From NCBI GenBank assembly GCA_044892525.1, contig JBJFYX010000024.1, positions 248,001 to 312,000 on the forward strand: a stretch of DNA of 64,000 nt, written 5' to 3'. Both the position numbers and the translations under genes were made by a program. Under the pieces are notes generated by a model, which saw only the letters and a program-made list of their open reading frames with translations, was not told the origin of the DNA and made no database searches. The DNA comes from Schmidtea polychroa. Taxonomy: Eukaryota. Of the stretch, positions 12,116 through 22,245 are shown piece after piece. The stretch's first letter is position 1. Every line of letters starts with the position of its first letter.

Positions 12116-13289
12116 TTCTTGGTAAATGTTGTTGATGTTTAAATAAAAGTATAAACAAAATTATTTTTCATTTTAAATTATTTTCAAACATGTTGGAAAA
12201 AGGTAAAATATGATCTTTTAAATGTTTTCAAGCATGAAGATGATCATGAATGTAATGATTTACCTATTGAAGAAATAAAGTCATCTATAGAGAATTTTAC
12301 AACCGATAAATCACTAAATGAACCTAAACAAAAAGATGAATCTAATGATTTTCCTAATTGTGTTGATCATATTGTTCAAAATATAATGAAGAGATTATAA
12401 AAATCAATGTGATGATTAATAAATTTTAAAACTTTAGTTATTTTATATTATTATTATTTAAAAACACCACATACTAATGAAGATGTATTTAAAAATTTAA
12501 AATATACAATGTTCATCATCAAATATTTCTTCAGCTTTTGTAATTTTCCAAATTGGTTTGGTTTTGTCTCTGCTTACATTATATCCCTGAATTAATACGT
12601 TTTTTTATTCATCTTGTCACCATTGGGAATCATATCCAAATCTCATTTGATAAACATATCTTCTTCGTTGAATTCAATATTTTTTTTCATTCTCTGAAAT
12701 AATTGTCCCAATATCATCTTATCGTTGAACTTGATTTTGGAAAATCGATCATTGTAGAAACATTTTTCCAAAGTTACTGGTTCCTAACAATAAATAATAA
12801 AATCCAAAGTAATTTATACAAACCTACCTTAAATATATAAGAAATTGGACAATACAAATAATTTAGTTTGTATTGCAAGAATTCTACTGGCTTTTATGTA
12901 TCCACTCGAACATTGCGCAAGGTTTCCTGGGATAATGTCGATTCATTAAATTTCCGAATTCCTAAGCGGCATCTGCTTTTTTCTCTTCAATACTCCTAAA
13001 TTAAAAAAACTACTAAATGGAATATTTTGCAAACGACAACAAACATGTAATTTGATGATCCATTTGTAGTTGTAATATTTAAAAAATTGAAACAGATATT
13101 TATACTAATTCAATTATAAACAAAGTTTCAAGTGACAGACATGATCAAAATGTGACCAACTATTTTATTTTATGCTAATTAACAAAGTCTGAAATGATTT
13201 ATGGTATACAAAGAAATTATTTTTAAATGTTATATATTAATTATGGTAATACTATCACAAAACAAATATAATTTATAATTTATATTTTA

Positions 13290-13586
13290 TTACAACAATA
13301 CATTTTCTTTGTAATTCCAACGTAATGCATGAATTATTTCTGTTTTCTGTAGATTCACAAAACATGTACAACTATCATCCCCACAAGTATTCCGTATATT
13401 ATTTTTACAAAAATCACAATTTTTAACATCATCAGTATAGCACGTAATCGTAGAATGATCCATATGAATTAATTTCATGATATTTATTCCAGTTATTTCA
13501 TAAATTTGGTAAAACACAACTTCTGGAGCACAATACATTATGGAATTGTTCAAATTCGGATAAAAATCTTCAATTTTATCAATCAA
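13290..13586 (-). CDS. Small Cys-rich hypothetical protein within the virus-like region
   Basis: 98-aa ORF with CDFC...C...CTC; no family recognised. Confidence 0.3.
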   Translation of the reverse strand: MIDKIEDFYPNLNNSIMYCAPEVVFYQIYEITGINIMKLIHMDHSTITCYTDDVKNCDFCKNNIRNTCGDDSCTCFVNLQKTEIIHALRWNYKENVLL

Positions 13587-13718
13587 AAAATTTAGTATAG
13601 TTTCTAAACAAAGTTCAACAAATTTAAAATAAAAAAACAGTTACCAGCATGTTCAGTCATTGTTGAATAAGTATTCAAGCAAATCCTCGTTACCTATACT
13701 TGTAGAAATTGTTAAAGA

Positions 13719-13987
13719 TCAAATTAAATCCTTTATATCTTTTATAATTCCTTCAACAATAGTATGAAAATCTAAATTTTTAATACTTAATACAATTATT
13801 TTATCACTCGAAAAAATATTTACACACAGTAGGTTATATTTTGTATAACGCAGAGCGGGTATAATTCAGGCTCATATATACAATCTCCATCTAATAACTT
13901 TGCTAAATTATTCAAATTAATACACTGTTCAACCTTGGTAGCTATAGTAAGACTTTGAACTTGAATATCTTTGATATTATATTGTTG
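13719..13987 (-). pseudogene. TATA-binding-protein-like domain (one TBP repeat, frameshifted, 5' part missing)
   Basis: IQVQSLTIATKVEQCINLNNLAKLLDGDCIYEPELYP, then after a 1-nt shift LRYTKYNLLCVNIFSSDKIIVLSIK; matches the TBP repeat pattern YEPELFPGLIY...IFxSGKIVxTG. Confidence 0.7.
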
Positions 13988-14127
13988 GCGCACCACCCAG
14001 CCGACACGTAAATTTATCCTTACTAGGCGAACTACTCTGTCCATGCATCACTGTTTTTATTTTTTCTTGCATTCGGCATGAGATAGCCTACGGCGTTTCG
14101 AAGTTGCTGGACGCACTGGGCTGGTAT

Positions 14128-14615
14128 TTACGGTGAGAGGTTTAGGAGTTTTCGGTACTGCCTGACTTGTGCCCGCGGATCCGGCTTTAGACGTCGACGG
14201 AGACAAATCGGAATCACACATTCTCGACAGGTTTTTCGAGGTGTTCCATGCGAACGATCTGAATGACTATGGTGAAAGGGGAAAATATTGTCCGCTTCTG
14301 CTATCGGAATGTCGACGATCTTCTTAGTCAAGGTAGCCTGGAGATAAACTTTATGTAAAGCTTCTGATTGCTCCTTGATCAACGTTCGTCAGGAGCAACT
14401 TTCCTCAATCAAGCTATCCCGGCAATGTTCGCTCCGGAATAGCTTCTTATGCATTTCTTTCATCTGAGATGGGAAAACCAAGTTCCCTCTAAATGGTCGA
14501 TCTTTTGTTTGAGAAGCCCTATTTGTTTCTGTAGGGTCTTGATAATCTCGTTCTTGTTTGCGCAAGAGAAGCAGGGTGCAAGGAGGACTTTAGTAGACTG
14601 TTTGGTGGTCATTTT
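14128..14615 (-). pseudogene. GC-richer degenerate ORF of unknown origin
   Basis: MTTKQSTKVLLAPCFSCANKNEIIKTLQKQIGLLKQKIDHL... (CxxC plus coiled coil), continuing through shifts into ORF 14128..14382 (CREC). Confidence 0.25.
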
Positions 14616-15249
14616 CTAGATTAAAAGAAAAAACTAAGAATCATACAAGAAAATATTCGGTGAGTGAATGACTAATTTAGATGTGGGTAGAGGACTCGAA
14701 GCATCGGAGGCAATCTGCATACTATGTCACTCTTGAAATTCGTTAATGTAATTTAAAATCACGTCGAAATTTTGTTGCTCATCTAAAATTTGTCTCATGC
14801 TAAGGCTCCGTCGACTTTTTCTGTCCACTGACTTTAAATCGAATCGTGATTTGCACCCTATGTTACTCGGAATCAGTCTATACGAGTTAACACTACACTG
14901 AATGTCGGGAATGTTTTTTTTTATTTGGAACCCCCCAAAATCGACTGAAGTTATTTGTAAATGTACTTTAAATTATAACAGTCCCGAATATGAATTACGG
15001 AAATGATTTCTCTGTCTTTCTAAAACCTACGGCCAGATTTTTTGACGGTATTGGTTTATTTATTTAATCATTTACCACAATAGTTAATATTTATTAGAAG
15101 ATTAATAGTACATCTAATTATTAAATTTATTTGATTTCCAACTGTCAAAAATTTATCATTTGCATTCCCTGCGCAGTTCACCTTATCGCAAGGGCATTCT
15201 CGATGTATCTGCCTTTTTTTCACTGCCTTGAACTTAAATATACTACTAT

Positions 15250-15625
15250 CTACACCTAATTCCAGATGTTAAAAGTCTCTATAATACACACTGGTGTGTT
15301 AATCAGTTGATGACTCACCATTTATAAGAATGTGAAGTTATTTACTTCATTTCATTTATTCAATTTTACAAGTTTTTTAATTTAAGTAACTTTTAAGGTT
15401 TGAATTTTTATTTTATAAAATTATGAGATCACTATTCAAGCTTTTAAATGTTACTTGTAGTCAATATTTTGAGTTTAAATTATTTTTAATTAATTTTCAG
15501 GTTTTTTTAGGATTTTTATAACTATGAATTTATTTGGAATTATTTCGATAAAATGTAAGTTAGATTAATATTTTTAACTATGAATAAATAAAGAAATCAC
15601 CAAAAATATTTATTTTTTTAAGACA
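15250..15625 (+). repeat. Interspersed repeat, copy 1 (copy 2 at 60628-61010)
   Basis: Shared blocks such as GACTCACCATTTATA and TGAATT(T)ATTTGGAATTATTTCGATAAAATGTAAGTTAGAT. Confidence 0.75.
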
Positions 15626-16534
15626 TTTAAGAAAGAAGTGGAGTAGTTTTTTAAGTTTTCGTAATGTTCTTTATCCAGCTCATTTATATGGCGAATTTTG
15701 TCATTTTATGTAATTCTATGAAATTATTATTTTTTTCAGATACAGTATACCCACCGGTCCGAGCATCCCGAAGATACCCCGAACTCGAGTATGCCATCCT
15801 CAACTCCGCTATCAGGTTGTTACATTCATAAATAGATATCTTTAATAGCATATATAATTTGTAGATTATGGTAAGCATAAATGAAAAACATTATTCAAAT
15901 GAAATCTTTGTGACTTTGTGGTGCATATGAAAAAGAAGAGAAAATGATTCTTAAAAATTTAATTAAAGCATTACAAATTTACTGATACATGTATAATATG
16001 AACATACAAAAAATTTACCGAATTGTCGAGAGGTGTTTCCGAAATAAATTGACTAAAAGAAATTCTAAGTTACTGGATATCGAATTATAACTGAAGTCTA
16101 CGAGTCACATTCGATTGGTGCTGAAATTGAAACTAGTAATCCTAAAATTCATTGAATTCGTCCGAGTAAAAATACTCGTCCTGAATTAAATGAAAAATAA
16201 CAGTGAAAAAAAATTGATTTTATTTTACTTGAATTAAGTGAAAAATGACAGTGAACAGATCGTGTTTGCTAGTTCTTTATACTTTCTCGGGTAAGATTTT
16301 CGACCAATCATAGTTGGCCTGAGTTATTTTATCTAGTTTATTTTGTGATTTTGCGGTTTTATCGATTCATTGGTTGAAATTTCAATTTTAATTATTTCGA
16401 TTTTACGTTTTTCAATCATGCTTTTGTGTTATTTTTCTGATTATTGAATATTGTTTTGTTTCGTTTGTTTTTTCTTATTTTCGTCTTTAGATCTTATTCA
16501 TTAATTATTTATTTATAATTCTACGTTGCTTATT

Positions 16535-16540
<6 letters not shown>

Positions 16541-16599
<59 letters not shown>
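16541..16599. repeat. (TA)n microsatellite
   Basis: Direct reading. Confidence 0.98.
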
Positions 16600-16603
<4 letters not shown>

Positions 16604-17141
16604 TAATTTAATTTCTACTTACCTGATTACTTTTAAATATTAAATTTCATCTTTCTCGATTGCTATTTTTATTATTATTGTTATTCATTGTTGTTTTTAT
16701 CCATCTCATTTTTTATTTGATTTTTATTTTTATTTTTCCTAGTTCTTTATTCCTTTTTTTTACACGACCCGTTCACTAATTTTCTTAATTTTTCCTTTAC
16801 TACAAGAAACAAAAAATATTTGGAAGAAGTTTATTATTTTCATTCAGTTTGTAAATATTGTAAATTCTCGAATTCGATAGGTTTTTCACAACCCAATATA
16901 CGACATTGACCATTTCCAGTTTTGTCAACATATTGTTGTGGCTGACACTTGGGGAAATTCATCATACCAACAGTTTCCAAAGATTCACGACCCCAATAAT
17001 TGATATTTGTCAATATATCTAATGAATATTTATAAAAATTCGAGTTATTAATTATTATAATTAATTATTAATTATTATAATAGCATAATTAAAACATCTT
17101 TACGATATAAACAATATTAATTTTTAAATATACATATTAAA

Positions 17142-17768
17142 ATGGAACTAATAAATCATGATGTTTATCAAATAGTCGGACCAAGTGGTAGTGGAAAAAC
17201 TTTGTTTGTTTGCAAATTTCTAAAATCACATTTATTCAAATCAAAATTTAACAGAATTTATTGGCATCGAGGTGTTGATGAAGAACACGGATTGACTCAC
17301 GATAATTTCTGTAAATTGAAAAATATAAAAATAGTTAATGGATTTGATTAAAAGTGGTACAGTAGACTAAAGAAGGGAGATGTCATAAATATTGATTATT
17401 TGTATCAAGAAGCTAATAAAAAAAAGAATTTCAATAATTCATTTACCAAAATCACTAGACACGTTGGTGTAACGATTATTTTTATGACTCAAAATGTATT
17501 TCGTCAGGGCGGTGCACATAGAAATCGTAATTTAAATGTTCAATATTTGGTCGTTTTTAAAAACTCTAGAGATGCAACAGTTATTGATTTTCTTGCAAGA
17601 CAGGTATATCCAAATAATTGTAATTTTCTAATAAATGCATTTCAAGATGCTACAAAACAACTTCATGGATATATATTTCTTGATTTCCCATAACAGTGTT
17701 CTGATGATTTACGAGTGAGAACCGATATTTTCAATATAGAAGGGTCAATGGTTTATAAACAAAGTTGA
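17142..17768 (+). pseudogene. Polinton/Maverick-type A32-like DNA packaging ATPase with two in-frame stops
   Basis: Walker A GPSGSGKT, degenerate Walker B (INIDYL for hhhhDDL), TRHVGVTIIFMTQNVF, LNVQYLVVFKNSRD and HGYIFLDF; a single frame with TAA at 17349 and 17691. Confidence 0.85.
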
Positions 17769-17802
17769 TCAAGCGAACCGATCATGTTTTTGAGAGCGAG
17801 AG

Positions 17803-18487
17803 TTAAAAGTTTTGAAAAGGTACTGAAAAAGAAAAAATTAAAGTTCGATTAAAGTTCATGTTCGATACAATTGCTTCAAAATTGGGACTTTTTGATGTAA
17901 GAGCGATTTGAATACAGTCTTCGGCGTTTAATCGATTTCTGTTCTTCGTTTTTATGTTCATTAGAGTGGAAAAGCCTTGTTCGCACAAATATCTTGTTCC
18001 AAATGGCAGCAATTTTTTAACCGCCTCTTCATGTGCAATTTTGAAAGCCTTTGCAGCTTTTGACATCCAAAAAGACGACAGATTTGGTTTACTCTCAAAT
18101 TGAATACGTGCTTCAGTATTAGATCGAAGTTCAAGAATTGCTTCTGCCAAACCTGTTCTGGTATCATAGCAATTTCACATTTAAAAGGATCTACAATCCA
18201 ACTGACAGTACGTGTATCAAGATCTGAGAAGTAATCTGAAAACCGCTTTTTAAGTTTGATTGTACAATTGTATCCTTGATGTCAGCAAAAGTAATATTTT
18301 CACAATCTTCCAAAAACAAAGCTAACCTTGAAAAAGAAGCTATCTTGTTCTGTTCTACTTTCTGTCTCCAATATTGCAGCTTTAATCCAAACGCTGACAC
18401 TATTTCTCTCGCTCAAATGATATTAATTTTCTTCTTTGTTTAATATATTTATACTCTCAAATATGTCCGCTAAATATGCGAGATATG
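17803..18487 (-). pseudogene. hAT (Buster/Charlie-like) transposase, C-terminal half
   Basis: YLAYLADIF... and LLPFGTRYLCEQGFSTLMNIKTKNRNRL (dimerisation domain); joins 38068-38640 across the Gypsy insertion. Confidence 0.85.
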
Positions 18488-19008
18488 TGTTAGATGATGA
18501 GGGTAGGCCCATCACTACATTTACCCTAGACAAATACTATAGGACAGGGCCCAAAAAATATAGAGTGAACGTGTACGCCGAAGAGCGTAGGTAGATAGAT
18601 GTTCCAACAAGCAACCCAATTCCAGGCAACCCAATTCAATCCAAAAACAATCCAGTAATCCGAAAAGTGACTAAACATTATCGTCGAACAATTTTATCTT
18701 TTATTCCAATTGACAATTTGTGTAAATATTATTGACTAAACAATCTGTGCATATTTTATCTTTTATTACTATTTTATTTTCTGAATATTTATGTAGAATG
18801 CTGTATGATCAATATTTTATCGGGTGTATGTATTTAATAGATTTTATTAGTTAACCTTTTAATATAATCGTATACAAGGGAAAAATATTTTAATAATTTT
18901 TAATTCGATATTTAATAACAATAAATTTTAAATTAACTTTAAATTCGATATTTTCTAATAACGATTTCTTTAATAAACAGCTGAAAAAATTTTTAGAATT
19001 AATAAGTG
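18488..19008 (+). repeat. Gypsy 5' LTR, left part
   Basis: 18737-19008 matches 37259-37555; begins TGTTAGATGATGAGGG. Confidence 0.9.
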
Positions 19009-19928
19009 TGTTTAATTCGAGGTTCGGGTCTGTGTGCGCCTTTTACTATCCTTGTGTTGTTGGCTGTGGGCGCACACAGACGCATATAGTTGTGGGTGTG
19101 GTTTGGCTTTTTTCTATCGCGTCTGTGTGCGCGGTCTGGTTAGACCGATTCTTGTTGGTGTGCGCACACAGACGCGAGAAGTAGGTTTTGATTAATTGTT
19201 AATTTTTATATGATAAATGGTTTTTGGCAGAAATTCTGGATTTTTAATTCGAATTGATTTGTTTTAAATTGGTTTGTGATTGGTGGAAGTTTAAAAAGGG
19301 CTTTCGGTTCTGGAACAAGTTTCTTTGTTAAAATGGCGTTTATTTCATGGATGAAATATCATTTTAGTGATGATTCTGATAGCAAAATTGAGATTTGTGC
19401 CAATCCTGAAGATTTTGAGATGTTTTTAAGAAAAATTCCATCAAATATTAATTACCCTTCTGTATTGTCAAATAATCGGACAGCAAATTGTGAGTTTGCG
19501 CTCCTCGTGGTCAAATGTAATCTACTACAATCTTCTGTAGAAATGCCTTCTAATACAAAATTGTTTTGGAATTTATTAGATGATAACAAAATTCAATATA
19601 TTGCCTCATCTATGGTTGATGTTGACGGATCTATGATTTACAAGTTACGCAATATTGCGAGTCTCAATCCATCATGAGTTCAATTAGCAAAGGAAACGAG
19701 ATATTTATGCATTGTGGCTACAGGAAGAATTTCTTCTACTATAACGAGCAATGTGATAAAATCAAACTTAGACTTTATGAAATCGGATTATGACTTAAGT
19801 GATGATGTTTATGTAAATTATGATTTCGAACAGATCATTCAATGCTGTGAAATTTTGTTGCCACATAGAGCCGACTCCATCGAGTCTATTTCAAATAAAA
19901 TTGTTATTCGTTCAATTCGATTAATACA
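19009..19928 (+). repeat. BEL 5' LTR
   Basis: TGTTTAATT...ATTAATACA; TATA-like motif near 19206 and AATAAA at 19894. Confidence 0.97.
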
Positions 19929-19946
19929 TGGTAGCAGAGCGTGGTT
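19929..19946 (+). promoter_or_regulatory. Primer-binding site, initiator tRNA-Met type
   Basis: TGGTAGCAGAGCGTGGTT immediately after the LTR, followed by an 8-bp hairpin TTCCGGCT-AGCC-AGCCGGAA. Confidence 0.85.
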
Positions 19947-20277
19947 CCGGCTAGCCAGCCGGAACAAGGTAATTAATATGTATTATAAAATGTCTTTTTT
20001 GGTTTTATATATATTATGTAAATATTATGTGTATTATGTGTTTAATAATATTTTTGTAATTAATAATATTTTGGTAATTAATATGTATTATAAAAAATCT
20101 TGTTTGTTGTCACGCATATTATGTATATATTATAATACTTTTGTAAAATTAAACATCCTCCCTTCCCTACCGAGCGTGGGAAAGTGCTGCTATGGGCCCC
20201 AGCACTCTTTTAAAGGGGGAAGCCAGGGGAACAGGGTAAAGAACAAAGCTGAGTCAAGGGTGAGGGCGAGCGGGGTA

Positions 20278-22218
20278 ATGGGTTTTGAGTTGCGATGGGA
20301 AAGTCAAATATTTGTCAAAACTCTTACTGGTAAGACAATTGCTCTGGACGTTAAATGGAAGGACACAATTGAAAAGATAAAAGGAAAAATCCAGGACAAA
20401 GAAGGAATTCCGGAAAATTATCAAATGTTAGTATACGCAGGAAAGCAGTTAGAAAATAAAAGAAGATTGAATGATTATAGGATACAAGTAGGGTCGACAC
20501 TTCATTTGTCACTCAGGCTGTGCGGGGGCAATGATAAAGAGATTTTAGAAGAAGGACTGTGGAAAAAGAGAATGAAAAAAGGAAAATTAACGAGATTAAG
20601 AAACAAGATTCTCAATGATATAAATGGGAAGGATGTTAGCGAATGGTTGGCGGAATATGAAGATCAAAAGGAGAGTCTAGATGAAGAATTAGGGGATCTG
20701 AGAACAATCAGTAAAAAATTGCAAAGATTGGACATCACTGCAATCTTAGATAAAGACCTGCAAGAGATCGAGGAAAAACATCAAATAATTGGGGCATTGA
20801 TGGAAAGAAGAGCAAATCAATCTTTTATGGAAGAGAAGGAAAATGTGAATGATGATACCATCAAGAAGAATAATTCCGGGCATAAAAGAAAACTGGAAAG
20901 TCTACAGAAAATTACAATCCCTGTTTTTGAAGGCAAGATGAAAGAGTACGAACCATGGAAAGCAGCTTTTACTGCATGTGTTGACGAAGCGGAAGGTGAT
21001 GAGGTTGAAAAGATGTTTCACCTGCACAAGTACCTTCACGGAGAGCCATTAAAGTTAATTGAAAATCTTGGATATTCGGCAGAGGCTTATCAAATGGCAA
21101 AAGAGAAGTTGGATAGGCGATATGGTGGGGATGAAAGGATATATTTATCAATGTTAGAGGAGATGGAACAGTTCAGGCCAATTCGAGAAGGAGATTTGAA
21201 GGATCTAGACTCATTTGTTGGATTATTAGAAACGGTCACCGTGCGATTTAAATCCACTGGGAAAGAATCCGAGTTAAAGACTGGCTATCTTTTTCAAAAG
21301 TGTTTGGGCAAGTTAACGACGAATCTTGTGTATAAATGGAAAAAAGACAAAATAGAAAAGGAATTGCGGGAGACGATAGAGGATTTGAGAAGATGGATAC
21401 AACAAGAAGCAGAGATCCTAAGGTCCACTAACGAGGTTGTGTATGGGACTTAACCAAGCACCAGGGCTTATGATGGGTCAAGAGTAGAAGGGGTGTCTAG
21501 GGGAAGAGAAAGATTCAATCCTGGAGGTCGGACGCATTTTACGGGGCAACCAGATGGCAGAGTTAAAAGTGGAACAGTTATACAGGTGAATAACTCTAAC
21601 GGCTATAGATCAGATTGTGTACACTGTGGTGGTCAACATTACCTAGACCAATGTGACAAGTTCAAGCAACTCACAATTCCTAAAAGGAAGAAAGTCATCG
21701 AAGAAAAGAAACTGTGCAGGAATTGCTTCAAAAGAAATCACATGGCCAAGGAATGTCGTAAAGAATCTTTCTGCAAGGTTACCGGATGTAAGCAAAGGCA
21801 CAACGAATTATTACATGAAAGACAAATTAGTGAGGAGAGTGAAAAAGGTAACAACACGATGCTGACCCAGAAAGGGATGAACGAAAAAAACCTAAGACCT
21901 TACCTTAGTTTAAGAACAATTCCAATCTACCTGGAAAATGGGAGCAAGAAAATAAAAGTCAATGCACTGTTAGATGATGCAAGCTCAGTAAGCTACATCA
22001 ATCTAAGAATTTTAAAGGAGCTTGGGTTAAAAGGGGTGGAAAAGAGGACACCGATAGGGGTTATCGGAGGTAATGTCCAACAAATGATGGCTACTCCAGT
22101 GACCATGAAGTTAATTAGTAATGACGGCCGATTGACGAAAAACTTCAACGCACTGGCCGTAACAAATATCACGGGAGAAATGAAGGTAGTAAATTGGGCC
22201 AGAGAAAAACATAAGTGA
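20278..22218 (+). pseudogene. Ubiquitin-Gag-protease part of the BEL polyprotein (stop at 21451)
   Basis: Ubiquitin domain 20305-20529 ([10 protein letters not shown]...LRLCGG), BEL Gag core ([20 protein letters not shown]), triple Cys-His knuckle, and aspartic protease ALLDDASS. Confidence 0.92.
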
Positions 22219-22245
22219 ACTCACCTGAAGGGCATCCATTTTCCG

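Noticed and set aside
12190-12400. Small spliced acidic gene next to the Bcl-2 homolog
   Set aside because: The apparent intron does not join the ATG frame to the downstream open frame (gives an immediate stop).
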